NCBI GenBank assembly: GCA_028534125.1
Contig: CM052818.1
Location: 18,850,001-18,914,000 of the forward strand
Length of the DNA: 64,000 nucleotides
DNA from: Lama glama
Lineage: Eukaryota
Reading direction: 5' to 3'
Both the position numbers and the translations under genes were made by a program. Under the pieces are notes generated by a model. That model was not told where the DNA came from and did no database searches. It was given only the letters and a program-made list of their open reading frames with translations. Shown here in pieces: positions 1 to 12,396 of this stretch (position 1 is the first letter of the stretch; each line of letters begins with the position of its first letter).

Positions 1-350
1 AAGGGAGATGTAGTGTCCGCAAGGGCGGGACTCACGCGGAAGGCAGGGCCAAGACGTTGTGGGCCAGTCGGGTTTCGGGCTGAGGAGGGGCTGGGGAAGG
101 CGGGAAAATGGAAAGGCCTCGCCTGTCCCGGGAAGGACCTATAGGAGTGCGGCGGGGCGCGGCGCGGCCGTTGAGTGGCCGAGACGGTACGGGGGCAGAG
201 CTGGGCGGAGGTGGGCGAGAGTGGCCGCTAGGCTGGTCCGCCCGCGGTGCCTGTGGTGGGACTGCGGCGACGGCCCCCAAAACCTGAGCTTCTGTGGGTT
301 TCCCCGGGAGCTTTCCGCCGTTGACCAGGCCTTGAAAGCGCTTTAGGAAC
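1..350. promoter_or_regulatory. CpG island / housekeeping-type promoter edge (gene itself probably outside the window)
   Basis: GC- and CpG-rich block in otherwise CpG-depleted DNA. GGGAGATGTAGT at 3-14 reads ACTACATCTCCC on minus (ZNF143/SBS-type). GGGCGG GC box at 23-28 and GCGGAAG ETS core near 36-42. Possible minus-strand donor GTGAGT at 30-35. Confidence 0.8.
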
Positions 351-572
351 GGTAAAGAATTAATAGAAACTTAAAGTAGTATCCCCCTCGCTTGACTGAA
401 ATTTTGTGTGGAAACTAAGTTTAGTGTTTATGAGGTAAAAAAAAAAAAACAAAAAACAACAACTTTGGAATCAGATCCAAAATTTAAGAAACATAGCATT
501 TACTGAGTGCTCATAAGTGCTGGGGACTGGGCTAAGTCCTTTACATGCATTGTCGTAACCATAATGCTAAAA

Positions 573-723
573 TAGGGTTGTCAGATAAAATACAGGTGTG
601 CCCAGTTAAATCTGAATTTCAGATAAACGTAGTATAATTTTTTAGAGTAAGAATCTTACCTTTGGAATATACTTCCTGTTTTATTTTGTTTTTTGTTTTA
701 TTCCCCTTAATCTGCCAACCCTA
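573..723. mobile_element. MER53-like hAT DNA transposon relic nested in a MIR
   Basis: Terminal inverted repeats TAGGGTTGTCAGAT (573-586) and ATCTGCCAACCCTA (710-723). MIR-like sequence on both sides. Confidence 0.75.
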
Positions 724-1011
724 TCCTAACTCTTATTACTTCCCACTTTACAGATAAGGAAACTGAAGCTTAGAAAAGTAACCTATCAAATAGAGGGTGA
801 GTGACAAAACTGAAGTTCCATTTTACTGCTGTCATTGTGATCTGATAATTACATCTCTGAATGCCTATATCCACATCTTCAAAAACTAGATTATTGATAC
901 ATAGCTCACAAATGTATTGAATGGATTTTTTAAAAGGGTATATGAAAGAGACCTGGACAGTGACTGAAGTGTAGTAGGTGTTGACAGAAGTTCATTTCCT
1001 TTCTGAACAAT

Positions 1012-1789
1012 TTTTTTTTTTAGTTGAAGTACTGCCAGTTCCAATGTGTCAATTTCTGGTATACAGCACCGTGTCCCAGTCATGCATATACATACATACA
1101 TTCGTTTTCACATTGTTTTTCATTAAAGGTTATTACAAGGTATTGAACAAAGTTCCCTGTGCTATGCAGAAGAAACGTTTAAAAATCTATTTTTATGTAT
1201 AGTGGCTAACATTTATAAATCTCAAACTCCCAAATTTATCTCTTCCCACCCTCTTTCCCCCTGTAACCAAAAGATTACTTACTATGTCTGCAAGTCTGTT
1301 TCTGTTTTGTAGATGAGTTCATACTATCCTTTTTTTCTTTTTCTTTTTAGAGTCCACATATGAATGATATCATATGGTATTTTTCTTTCTCTTTTTGGCT
1401 TACTTCACTTAGAATGACAGTCTCCAGGTCCATACATGTTGCTGCAAATGGCATTATTTTATTCTTTTTTATGGCTGAGTAGTATTCCATTATATAAATA
1501 TACCACAACTTCTTTATCCAGTCATCTGTCGGACATTTAGGTTGGTTCCGTGTCTTGGCTATTGTATATAGTGCTGCTATGAACATTGGGGGCATGTATC
1601 TTTTGGAATTAGAGTTCCCTCCAGACATATACCCAGAGGTGGGAATGCTGGATATATAGATATGATAAGTCTATTTTTAGTTGTTTAAGGAAACTCCATA
1701 CTATGTTCCATAATGGCTGCATAAAACTACCTTCCCACCAGCAGTGTAGGAAAGTTGCCTTTTCTCCACACCCTCTCCAGCATTTATTG
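1012..1789 (-). mobile_element. 5'-truncated young L1 (3' UTR plus ORF2 C-terminus)
   Basis: ORF 1347-1628 reads PMFIAALYTIAKTRNQPKCPTDDWIKKLWYIY, the L1 ORF2 C-terminus. Poly(T) at about 1011-1021. TSD CTGAACAAT at 1003-1011 and 1790-1798. Confidence 0.95.
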
Positions 1790-2959
1790 CTGAACAATGA
1801 ATATTAACTGTATATTAAATATGTGCCAGACTCTAAGTATCAAGTAAGCAGAGTATGAAACAAACACCTACTGACAATAAAGCAAGTCAAATTGTGGGGA
1901 TGACAGAGATATAGAAAAATTGAAGGTATTACAATATATAATAACATAAATGGAGGTGTTTGAGCCCCTCATTCCACAGATGAAAACACTGTGTTTCTGT
2001 AATTTGTCCAGAGTCATCAATTGGTTCCATTTTTTTCTCATTACACTGGCTCTCATAAACTATAAGGGACTCATAGATATATTTAGAGTCAGAGGCCACA
2101 AGGCAAATGTACAGTGTGCTTCAAATGAAGCAAGAGTTGCTTTAGTTTCTTCCTTCAGAGTAGTCACTGTTGCCCCCTCATGTAGACAAATTCAAGGAAG
2201 TTTCTAAAGGAAGAGTTTAGCAGAAAGGGAGCAGACAAAAGAAGGAAGAAAGTCTGAGAGAAGGTGGCTTCTGGAAAGTGACAGCATCCTCAGACCTCAG
2301 TTTTGTTTTCTCTCTGCTGGTCGTTATCATGGTAGCAACTAACATAATATAGGTATTCATCTCCTTATAGATTATTATACTACTGTCTTACTTGATATAG
2401 TGAATGTCAGTTTCTATTTTCCCTTCTAATCTACTTTAAACTCAGGTGACCAAACAGTCCTCCTCAACTCTAGAAGACTCACAGAATTTGAGAGCTGGGA
2501 GTTATATATACTATAGAGAGGTATCATCTAGGAGTCAATCTATCATGGATGGGAAAACAAATTCAGAAACTTTATGTTAACTTATCCAAGTCAAATACTG
2601 AATCTACTACACCCTCATCCACTAAGTTTTCTCTGCTGATTGATTCATACCAGAGAGGCTGGGCCCATTTAAATAATCTCTGACAATAAGGCTTGCTCGG
2701 TCTCTTAGGAAATCTGTCACACTTAGTTTAGAGTCCAGGGACACTTGTATACTTGAAGGCTGCTTTAGAGGAATTTGAATACCTATCAAGGAAAAGCTCT
2801 GGTTAAAAATAATAATGATTCAGAGTGAGTAGATTTTTCCCAAGAATTCACAAGACTAAAAAGGCTAGGAAACCAGAGCTTACTCTTTAGGAAAAAGAGG
2901 ATCCTTACATTTAAGATATTCTCTGAAGCTTGGACTCTTCTTTCTCCAAAATACTAAAT

Positions 2960-3071
2960 ATGAAAACGAATATGTGTGTGTATATGCATGACTAGAACAT
3001 TGTGCTGTATACCAGAGATTGACACATTGTAAATGACTGTACTTCAATAAAAACAAAAAACAAACAAAAAA
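2960..3071 (+). mobile_element. Very short L1 3' end
   Basis: Matches the reverse complement of the 3' UTR end of the 1012-1789 L1. AATAAA plus A-rich tail. TSD-like ACTAAAT at 2953-2959 and 3072-3078. Confidence 0.8.
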
Positions 3072-3559
3072 ACTAAATGCTTTCAAGCAACATATTCAGT
3101 AATAAACTTTACTAGAAGACAAATGCATTGGAAAATATAGTGTTTAAAACAATCTCATGTTTAGGCTGAGAAGTGATAGGAACTCAAATATACATGTTTA
3201 TATTTTAAATGTATTTATCCTTGTATCACATATATTTATGTATCACTAAAAATAACTGGTTTACCAACAAGGAATCTCTACTTCAACCCCCTTGAGGTCA
3301 GTGGTAATATCTTTTTCATCCTTATAGTGTAGTTTCTTAGAATAGCTTTTGAAACAGAGGTGATGTTCAATAGTATTTTTCAGTAAACGAAGTAAGTTTC
3401 CTCAAGTTACGTACCAACACTAGGATATAAGATTCCTAAGTACTGATCTGCCACTTGGACTCAAAAGGTAGAATTGTGAATGAAAGTTTAATTTTTTTTA
3501 TTTAAAGGTCTTTGAAAGCAACTATCTGTATTTAATCATATTTATAAGCCCGGGTATTG

Positions 3560-5180
3560 GCAGTAATTTGGCAGACTAATCCTCCTCTTGAGGACAGTAG
3601 AAAAACTCAGTAAAATATTTAAAAAATCAGCCCAAAGGCATCAGAGAGCTAACAAGATAGGAATTACCAGGCTATGATCTGAGGAATGGTGGAGGCCTGG
3701 GGACATCCATTTATCCATTCCATAGAAGATTGCTGAGAGGATGAGCAGGGATGGAGGACAATAATTACAGTCAGGGTATACTAAAGGGGAAGGAAGAGAG
3801 GTCTGTTGAAGCCCCTTTGTTTAGGACTAGGAATCCAAATGGCTATATCCTAGAAGTAAAGAGAAAACATCTCATTTTAAAAACATCTCAAGACTTAGAT
3901 TGGGTTAGGATAATTCCTTTTACCTAATGCCCTCAAGCCCTTGTTGGAAGCGTACTAAAATGCTATCTGGAGCAGAGCAACATAGGCCTCAAATCCTTTC
4001 TGCAAACAATTTTGCAAGAGACAGAATGGAGTAACAAAAAGTAATCAATCTAAATGTCAGATAGGAGAAAAATGAGGACATACAACAGACAACAAGACAA
4101 ATAGAAAGAACTTAGTAAGATGGTAGATTTAAACCTAAATATATTACTAATTACATTAAGTGAAAGTAAATCCTAATGTAATGAAAAAGATTGTTTTGAT
4201 TACCGATTGCTGTGTAACAAACTACCTCCAAATTTAGTGTCTTTAAACTACCACCATTTAATTATATTTCATGATTCTATGGGTCAGGAATTTGCATAGG
4301 ACACAAAGGGAGTGGTTCATCTCATTTCTGGGTGATGTCTGCTGGGGCTGAAACATCCCACATAGCTTCTTCACTGAGATTCACATGTCTGGCATCTCAG
4401 TTAGTATGGCTCCAATGGTGGTGGTCAGCTGGACCAGCTTGACTGAAATCATCTGTGTAGGGCACTGGTTCTCACTGTTGATTGAATTCTTCGGTTTTTG
4501 TACAAGTAGTTTCATGACTTCTTCCGCTTCATGTAGTCTCTCCTTGGAGATAGGCAAACTTCTTATACACAAGCTTAGGGCTTCCAAAAGGATTAGGCTT
4601 GGAACTAGCACATTGTCATTTCTACCACATTCTATTGGATAAAGCACATTACAAGCCCAGAGTCAAGGAGAGGGAACTATATAAAGATGTAAATATTAGG
4701 AGGTGTGATGAACCTGAGTCCACCAATACATGTAACCAGCTAGCACAGACCATCAGACTGGACAAAAAAATCGAAACCCAACTACATGCTATTTACAAGG
4801 GATAAATGTAGAATATAAAGATGCAGAAAGGTTGAAAGAAAAGGGATAGAAAAAACTAAACCATGGAATACTACCAAAAGAGAGCTGGATTAGATTAAGT
4901 AGACTCTAAGACAAAAAGCATTACTAAAGGTAAAGAGAGATTCTTCATAGTGATAAAGATTTAATTGGCCAGGAAGATGTTTGAAATTCTAAATTTGTGT
5001 TGCCCTAATAACATAACCTCATAATACATAAAGCAAAAATTTCAGACCTCTAAGGAGGAATAAAAATTTGGTAATTTTAGTGGGAGATGCTAACGTGTTC
5101 TTCCTGATAAAATAGGCAGACAGAAAGTTCAGTAAGAATATAGGTTTGAACAACACTAATTAGCAAAGTTGAGTATAATG
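3560..5180 (+). mobile_element. Old L1M fragment (into ORF2 endonuclease region) interrupted by an MLT1-type MaLR LTR (~4192-4748)
   Basis: Degenerate endonuclease-region sequence (ACCCAACTACATGCTATTTACAAG; AATTTGTGTTGCCCTAATAACATAACCTC). MLT1-like start TTGCTGTGTAACAAACTACCTCCAAATTTAGTG. Confidence 0.7.
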
Positions 5181-5199
5181 GCATATTGAGTACATTTCT

Positions 5200-5352
5200 A
5201 TAATTCTTTACATATGAACAAATTCATCACTTATATTATTTCTATTTGGGCTTATGAAGCTGGACGGGACATCCAAGGATCCTGAGCCTTCAGGCTGGTT
5301 GGAACATATCTCTGTTTCACAGATATGTTTACCATTGTGTATCTTTATCTTG
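5200..5352 (-). pseudogene. Candidate terminal exon relic of the STK31-like gene (kinase C-terminal end)
   Basis: Frameshifted pieces DKDTQW*TYL*NR / SLKAQ / LDVPSSFISP resemble STK31 DDKVKSLLCSLICYR / SMTAEQ / LNAECFLMP. Weak on its own. Confidence 0.35.
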
Positions 5353-6117
5353 TTTATTAAATAAATGTATTAAGTTCCTATTATATCCAGGCCCTGTACT
5401 TAGCACAGAGATGAAAGCTACAGTTAACATAACAGACAAGCCAATCAGAAAATAAAATGTGGTACTGTAAGTGCAGTAATAAAGCTTCACATAAGAAGCA
5501 ATGGGAACCAGGTCCTAACTCAGCCACAGGAGATGATGTCTGAGCAAACTATGAAAAAAGAAAAGAATATAGAATAGAAGTGGCAGTGTTGGGGTGGGAA
5601 GTGGCCCTGCACCTAGCAAAGCCTGGTTGTGTGAGAGATGACTGTTCAAGTCAAAGAACTGCCAGTCCTTTGGAATGTCTGAAGTATAAAAGTTTGCTTG
5701 ACTTAGGAGTTATCTGGTTGCAAGAAACAGAAATTTGTGCCAGCTGGCTAAAGGAAAGGAGGAATGAATGTAAAAATAGGCAAGGATTAATATGAGACAC
5801 AACTGTGGGAAGCACAGCCAACTCTACGAGAACTCCCTTCCTCCTTTCTCTCTCATCTTCTGGTCTCTAGGCTCAGCTTTTCTTTGCATGTCTGCTTTAT
5901 TCTCTTTGCAGATTGGCTTCTCTGCTTGCTTTCTGCTTGTATGTGGCCTGTGACTGTCCCAAATAGTGATCCTGGCTCTCCACCAATTGCCCCCACCCAG
6001 TTTTCCCAACTTTTCTGCTTAGCAACCCATAGTTATTATTAACTCAGCCTCAGGGTACCAATTCCAAATTCCCAGGAGCTGTAATCTGCCTGGTATAGTT
6101 TCAGCAAGCATGTAGAT

Positions 6118-6356
6118 CAGGGGTCAGCAAACTACAGCCTGGGGATGGTGGTGGGGGTTGGGGAGGGAGTATGGCTGTCTTCTGCTTTTGTAGATAAAGT
6201 TTTAATGGACCACAGCCACACACAGTTATTTACATATTGTCTGTGTCTTTGGCATTTGCAAGGACAGAGTTGAGTAGTTTTACCAGAGAACCTATGGACC
6301 GCAAAGCCAAACACTATACTATCTAGACCTTTCAAGATAAAGTTTGTTGACTCTTG
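6118..6356 (+). mobile_element. MER58A-like hAT-Charlie element
   Basis: CAGGGGTCAGCAAACTAC start, ATAAAGTTTTAATGGACCACAGCCAC core, AAAGTTTGTTGACTCTTG end. Confidence 0.8.
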
Positions 6357-6680
6357 CATTGGACAGTGGGCTGTTGGGACATAGGGCTGTATAGAGGGTT
6401 GGGGTTGGGGTGGGTTGGGAGTCAGCTCTGGTAATGGAAGTTCTGAGAGGGGATAACCCCTTCCCCTCTGTAGAAAAAAGGATAATATGGAGAAAAGGCA
6501 GCTGAGGAATTGTTTTGAGAAAAGAATTGTTTGAATGTTCTAACACAGGAAAGAAAATAATCAGTCTAAGTATGCACTAAATTTTTTACACAAAGGGTGG
6601 GAGAGTGCAAGACAGTTACTCCTTAATCTGGAGAAGTTCGTTAAGCCACTAAATTTAGGAGAGCATGTCACTGTAGCTAC

Positions 6681-6748
6681 CTTTAAATAACCCACTTATG
6701 GCAAATTTCCCAGACCCTCCATAGTTATCTCTTGCTGAGATGAACTGG
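6681..6748 (-). pseudogene. STK31-like exon relic (kinase module 2, C-lobe)
   Basis: ctcag|CC...TTAAAG|gtagct, 68 bp. SSSQQEITMEGLGNLP*VGYLK vs STK31 SVQNQEFEINKDGIPKVDQFHL. Confidence 0.55.
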
Positions 6749-7044
6749 CTGAGGCACAACGTTCATTGTACATACAAAGATTTTTAAAGGTACGTCAAGA
6801 AGATTGAATATTTACCTTTCAAAAGAGGGAAAGAGTGAGAGAAGAGGCACTGAGAGAACGAGACAGATAGATGGAAAGACAGAGGCAGATGGACTGAGAT
6901 TCAGGGGAGGGGGAGATGAAATCTAGAAATTGAAAATTTACCATTTTGGTAAACTTAAGATCATTGTAGGGAAAATCTTTCATAAATAGTCTTTTGGGTT
7001 GAGTCAAAAAACTATTGGAGTTTAAAGAGTGTTAGAGATCATTC

Positions 7045-7429
7045 TAGTCCTTGCTACACAAAGCGTGATCTGAGCTCACTCAGCAGCATTGGAACCACCA
7101 GAGAGTTTATTAGAAATGCAGAATCTCAGGCCCCAGCCCAGACCCGCTCGTTAAGAATTGCATCTTTAAAGATTGTACAGATGATTCACAAACACATTAA
7201 AGTATGAGAAGCACTGAATTAGAACAGTAGTTTTCAAACCATTCAGAGTAGAGCAGCGGTGGTTTTGTTTTGTTTGCATGAAATCTGACAAGGAGTCCAA
7301 CTCTATCAAATGATCAAAGTGGACATTCCCTGGTTGAAGATGGGTGGATGCTGACAAACAGAGAAGGGCTGGAAAAGCCCAGATATTGCCATCCAATGTT
7401 CCTCCAGGGATACAGTTTGAAAACCACTG
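7045..7429. mobile_element. MER5A plus a second small hAT-Charlie element
   Basis: TTAGAAATGCAGAATCTCAGGCCCCA core (MER5A). Second element has inverted ends CAGTAGTTTTCAAAC (7225-7239) and GTTTGAAAACCACTG (7415-7429). Confidence 0.7.
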
Positions 7430-7708
7430 ACAGCAGAATGAATAGAAGTAATATCAGAATCTTCAGGGCCAGGCTCAGTCAAATTCCCAGGCCCTCTTCC
7501 ACTTCTACCTCATTGAGAACTTCCACTATAATGAATCCCTGTTAGTGATGCCATACATCCTGCCTTGAGAGAGATGCAATTTTTAAAGACTTGGAAATCA
7601 CTGATCTAGATCCTTTTTCTCAGCTTAAAGATGGGGAAACTGGGCTCAGATTGTAACCCACGAAACTCCATTAAAATATGGCCACATTTAAAACTATATT
7701 CATTTCTA

Positions 7709-8054
7709 TGCTGTAGGCTGATGTCTGTGTCCCCCAAAATTCATCTATTGACCCCTAATGCTCAATGTGATAGTTTTAGGAGGTGGGAACTTTGGAAGAT
7801 GATTAGGTCATGAGAATGGAGCCCTAAGGAATGGGATTAGTGCCCTTATAAAAGGATCCCTCAGAGGTCCCTTTTCCCTTCTGCCATGTCAGATTACAGT
7901 GAGCAGATGGCAATCTATGAACCAGGAATTGGATTCTTACTGGACACTGAACTGTGGGACTACACAGACTCTAGAACTGTGAGAAAAAAAATTTGTTGTT
8001 TATAAGCCACCCAGTCTGTTATATTTTGTTATAGCAGCTGAAATGAACTAACAC
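7709..8054 (+). mobile_element. MLT1A-type MaLR solo LTR
   Basis: TG...CA ends, GGGATTAGTGCCCTTATAAAAG, and TTGTTATAGCAGC...ACTAACACA 3' end. Confidence 0.85.
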
Positions 8055-8502
8055 AGAGGCAAATCTGAAGCTTCAGTAATTCTCAGAAACAAAAAAGTGC
8101 CAACATTCCACATGCCTTTTTATTTAGTAGTGAATTGGAGAGACAATGTGTGCAGTTTTTAAAAGCCCTAGACTTAGACTTACGTTTGAATCCTGGGTCT
8201 GCTACTTCCTAGCCCAGGCAAAGTAGTTCAACATTTTCTAAACCTCTTCATGTCTACAGTGAAGATAATTCCCAACCTCAGAGGGGTGCTGTGAAGCAAA
8301 TGTGTATGAAACAACCTAGCAGTGCCCTGGTGTGCTCAATAATAAGTGCTTAATAAATGTTAGCTACTATTTATGTTGTTTTTAAATAAACAACTGAAAA
8401 GTCAAACTACTTCAATTTTAGAAATTGTCTAAATGGATTGAACATATGAAGCTAGAGAAGACTGTTTTCTTTTCCACTTTTGGAAGAGTAAAATAAACTT
8501 AC

Positions 8503-8545
8503 CTGCAGCTACAGGCTATCTAGTAAACAGAGTTTCTTCAAAATA
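8503..8545 (-). pseudogene. Candidate 43-bp exon relic (kinase module 2, APE-like region)
   Basis: ttttcacaactgcag|TAT...GCAG|gtaagt with a consensus donor. YFEETLFTR*PVAA loosely resembles PELKMGKPASP. Confidence 0.4.
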
Positions 8546-8719
8546 CTGCAGTTGTGAAAATCGTTTTTAATAAATGAGACAAATATTTAAGGAAAGCAGA
8601 GAGTAATAAAGAGATTCCGAATTATATGATGGCAAATGCAACTTTTTGTTCCACAGCAGTGTTACATTTAGAATCAGGCGTTTTTAGTAACTGTGGTCAA
8701 TTACCTCACTCTATCTTTT

Positions 8720-9480
8720 GAATTGTGCAAGCCCCAAACCTTGGAGTCATCCTTAGTGCCTCAGTTTCTCTCATAACTTCAAAATATGTTTAGAATCGGA
8801 TCCCTTCTCCCCCGAAGGTAGTCTACTGCACTACCTTCGTCAAAACCACAGTCATCTCTCAACAAATGAATTTAATAGCCTCCCCCAACTCCCTGCTTCT
8901 ATTCTTTCCCCTACACAATATTTCTTACGATAGCAGCCGGAGTGATCCTTTTAAAATCTGTCAGTTCGTGTTACTCCTCACCTCAAAACTACTCAATGGC
9001 TTCCCCATTTCAAGTCCTTGTAATAGCCTAAGTCTTCCATAATCTAACCCCACCTCTACTACCACCATAGGCCTCCCTACCCTTTGATGACAATGGCAGG
9101 CACACTCTGCCCTGTGACGTTTGCTCTTTGCCTAGAATGTTCTTCTCCCAGGTATCTGCTTAGCTAACTATCTCACCTTCTTTAGGCTTGCCTTGACCTC
9201 TAATTTTATACTGAAAATTACCGCCAGCCACATCCCAGGAATCCCATTCCCCTTTCCCTTGGTGTACTTTAGTTTTCCCACAGTAATCATCATCTTACGA
9301 CACACTAGATAGTTTATTTGTTCTGTTTGCTTATGTCTGTCCCCCTCCCCCAGCACCAGGCCGGAGAAGGTAAGCATCACAGGGGCAGCAATCTCTGTTT
9401 TGGTTACTGATGTATTCTAAGCATCTAGCACACTGCTTGACATATAGTACACACTCAACAAATATTTGTCAAATTAATTA
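8720..9480. mobile_element. L2 fragment
   Basis: AACCTTGGAGTCATCCTT, GAGTGATCCTTTTAAAA and the L2 3' end ACTCAACAAATATTTG. Confidence 0.75.
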
Positions 9481-9679
9481 GTTAGTTTTGTGGTTACAGG
9501 TTTGTTGCACTTTTTTAGACAAAACTAAATGAAATTGATGATACTTTAACAAATCCAATAATTGCATGAGTTAGGGGTTTTCCATTTTCTTTTTACTTCT
9601 CTTTGTTTTTGGTTTCCTCTTCATGCTGTGATAAAACCCCCAAACGTCTTAAATACAACTCTATTTTAAACTGACATGC

Positions 9680-9890
9680 ATATTTCTTCACCTAAGCACC
9701 CATGCTCCTCATGTTGTTTAACATACACTTATGCCATTTCCACTTTCTTTCCAGTCCTCAGTCACACCCAATCTATGCACAGAACAGATCTTTTATGTCC
9801 AGATATCCATTACTTTTAGGACTACCTGGTCTTACATATTGGCTGAGAGACACTCATTCTCAGACCAATAAGTCTAGATTGGGACTATTG
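9680..9890 (-). pseudogene. STK31-like exon relic (kinase module 2, subdomains V-VII equivalent)
   Basis: Strong acceptor ttctctccgttttttacag at 9891. NSPNLDLLV* ... GVT/GLE (frameshift) ... LNNM ... EEHGCLGE vs STK31 SDPMAYLMV ... GVAQGLH ... QNNV ... REQGIVGD. Confidence 0.65.
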
Positions 9891-10558
9891 CTGTAAAAAA
9901 CGGAGAGAATAGAAGCACTAGTGCATAGATAATCTGGCAGTTGGTCCCTATATGGGAAAATGTTGAATCTCTGTTACCCCTTCTCTCAAGGGACAAGAGA
10001 AAAAAGACAAATTGGAGTGGGGACATTAATAAAATTGTGTGCTATATGCCGTGGTTTATAAAAGCCTCTCTTAGCTCCTTTACAAAATCTTCAATAAAGT
10101 CTACATTGCTTATAAAAATTTGAGGAGTGGAGTTTCTTTAGAAGGGATTTGAATATGTTCTGAGTCCTACTTCATGGTTGACATGGGGCCAAAATGGAGG
10201 CTTCCATGACAGGGCTACAGAAGGAAAATTTTGGGTGTAGGATTAGCAGAACTAATAAAGATCTATTCAAGTAACCGAGAGAAGTGTTAGGACAGAGACC
10301 ATAAAAATGACAAAAAAAATCATGAAATTAGAGCCCTCCTTTTTTGTTAGGAATCTATCTCCCCAAAATACCTGTTTCAAATGTACAAATGTTGCCTTGG
10401 CAGGGAGAAATTGGTAGGGTCCATCCCATCCGTCATTAACACACTTGTTGAGGTTAGTTAGCTCCTGTAATAAAAAGCCTTGAAAGAAAAGGCAAAGGGG
10501 AAGTATTCATAGTTAGGATAAAACAGGAGTTTCAGAAATGTTTGGAGGCAAAACATAC

Positions 10559-10804
10559 TGCCAATTGCAAACAGGCATTGGCACCAGTGTGTCTCCTGGC
10601 AATCGGGAGAGGACATAGTTGAAGGTGCTGCTCCTTTGTGTGCAAGATTGGATTACGTTCTACTCAATTTCATCACATTTTTGCTTAATATCATTCTTGG
10701 CGTAAGGTTTTATGATCACGGATATCCTCATCTTCTGCTGTTCCTTTATTTCCAATGAAAATTTTGTTCTCATTTAAGCAAGTTCTTAATAACATTTTAG
10801 ATCC
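10559..10804 (-). pseudogene. STK31-like exon relic (kinase module 2, N-lobe)
   Basis: tag|GGA...GGCA|gtatgt. SKMLLRTCLNENKIFI vs SKRPLVRSEVNGQIILL. After a frameshift, QRSSTFNYVLSRLPGDTLVPM vs ERAATYHRAWREAEGDSGLLPL. Confidence 0.65.
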
Positions 10805-11467
10805 CTATTTTTATTAAGTTGTTGATTAGGTTTATGCAGTATAAGATTATTAAGCCATGAATAGGAAGATAAAGAAATAAAAAGCACAGGAAATACTAAA
10901 AGATCATAGAGGTGTCCTTAAATAAAGTTCTGGCTTGAGAACTCAATGTACGTATTACCAAAAGGTAATAAATCATAAGCAGTGGTAAACAAGAGACAAG
11001 CAAACTACAGATAACTTTGAGATAGTTGGGGAAACTTGAAGGAAAAGATGGGATTTGACTGAGTACTGAAGATCTGTGGGGATTACTAAATGAAGTGCAT
11101 TAGGGAAGAAAGAAATGATATTCTAGGTGGTAGAAGAAATGGATAGATCCCTACAATAGAGGACCTGAAAGCCTCCACAAATAGACGTATAATTGTATTT
11201 CATATGGTAGCTAAAAAATCCTTAAAAATTTTAAGTATTTTGTACACAATGTTTTCCCCTCTGTTTATCAAAGAAAGAATGTTTTTGGAAGAAGTGCCTT
11301 TATTATTTTTACTGCTTGGCACTATAACTTGACTTGAATCCTGCCAGCATTAGTTTTTTCATCTAAAAAATTATTTCAACACAGACATAAATGTGTATAC
11401 ACAAATACACACAGGTATTTGTGATTTCATTTTTGGCATGCTCTGGAAGTGACTGTAGTTCTGTGAG

Positions 11468-12396
11468 CAGGGCTGGCTTCACAGGTATGTGACTAGTACA
11501 TTCCCATAGGGCCTGGTGGTGCTCAGAGGGTCCACTTTTGGGATATAATGTCTGTATTTCCTCTTAATAATTTTATCTTTGAATTTGTGTGTTTTGTAAG
11601 TGAAGTTGTTGGGACAATGGAACATGTGATGGGGGCTTGGCTCCTTAACTTACACGTGGTCCCACCTCCTGCCATCTGCTGATCTTCCAGAATGGGTTCT
11701 CAACTGCTGGCTCTCCCATGCCCTGACACCCCAAGCCTTGCCTTGCCGTCCCCTTTGCCCTCCTCTTTGCCCCTGCCTACAGTGGCAGCTTGGTCATGGG
11801 GAAGTGGAGGAGGTTGTATTCTACCAGTACCCTCCAGCAGGGATCTGGGTTCCTGTTGGGTAGGGAAAAGGTCCAGCACGTGCACCTGCAGAATCTTGGG
11901 GCAGGCATGACAGTGGCTGTACGTCACAGTGCTTTTGGTGGGTGTCTTTGGCAGGGGAAAGCTAGCCCTCCCCACATCCGGGTACCAAGTGCCTCCTAGA
12001 GTGGAGGTTGCAATCTTTTGGGGATTGCCCATCTGGCACGGGTTAGGGTGACAGGCCATGGGAAGGGAAGATGACTTTCTGCCCCTACCCAGGGCACAGC
12101 TGGTGAGAGGTGAACCTGGCAGCTGGGGAGTGTAAGTGCACACATTTGTGGAATGGTGCCCCAGGGCACGTTTGAGTGGCTTAGGCCCTGAAAGTATCCC
12201 AGTGCAAGGCAGCAAGACATTAAGTAGCAAATAAAAGAAACACCGTGATGAGCTGAGAGAGAGGAAAGAAGAAAGAAAAATGTTTTATATTTTAGTGTCT
12301 TTAAAATTGCTGTGTGTTGGCCCTTATTCTATTTTTTGAACTAGGCACTATATTTTCATTTTTCACTAGGCCCTGAAAGTAATGTGGCCAGTCCTG
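11468..12396 (+). mobile_element. MER45B/C-like hAT-Tip100 element
   Basis: TIRs CAGGGCTGGC and GCCAGTCCTG. 8-bp TSD-like TCTGTGAG (11460-11467) and TCTGTAGG (12397-12404). Confidence 0.85.

Noticed and set aside
32..346. 82-aa and 95-aa ORFs in the CpG island
   Set aside because: Pro/Arg/Gly-rich products expected from GC-rich promoter DNA, with no recognisable protein.
11700..12230. 176-aa ORF and overlapping ORFs
   Set aside because: They lie inside the GC-rich MER45-like transposon and show no protein-family features.
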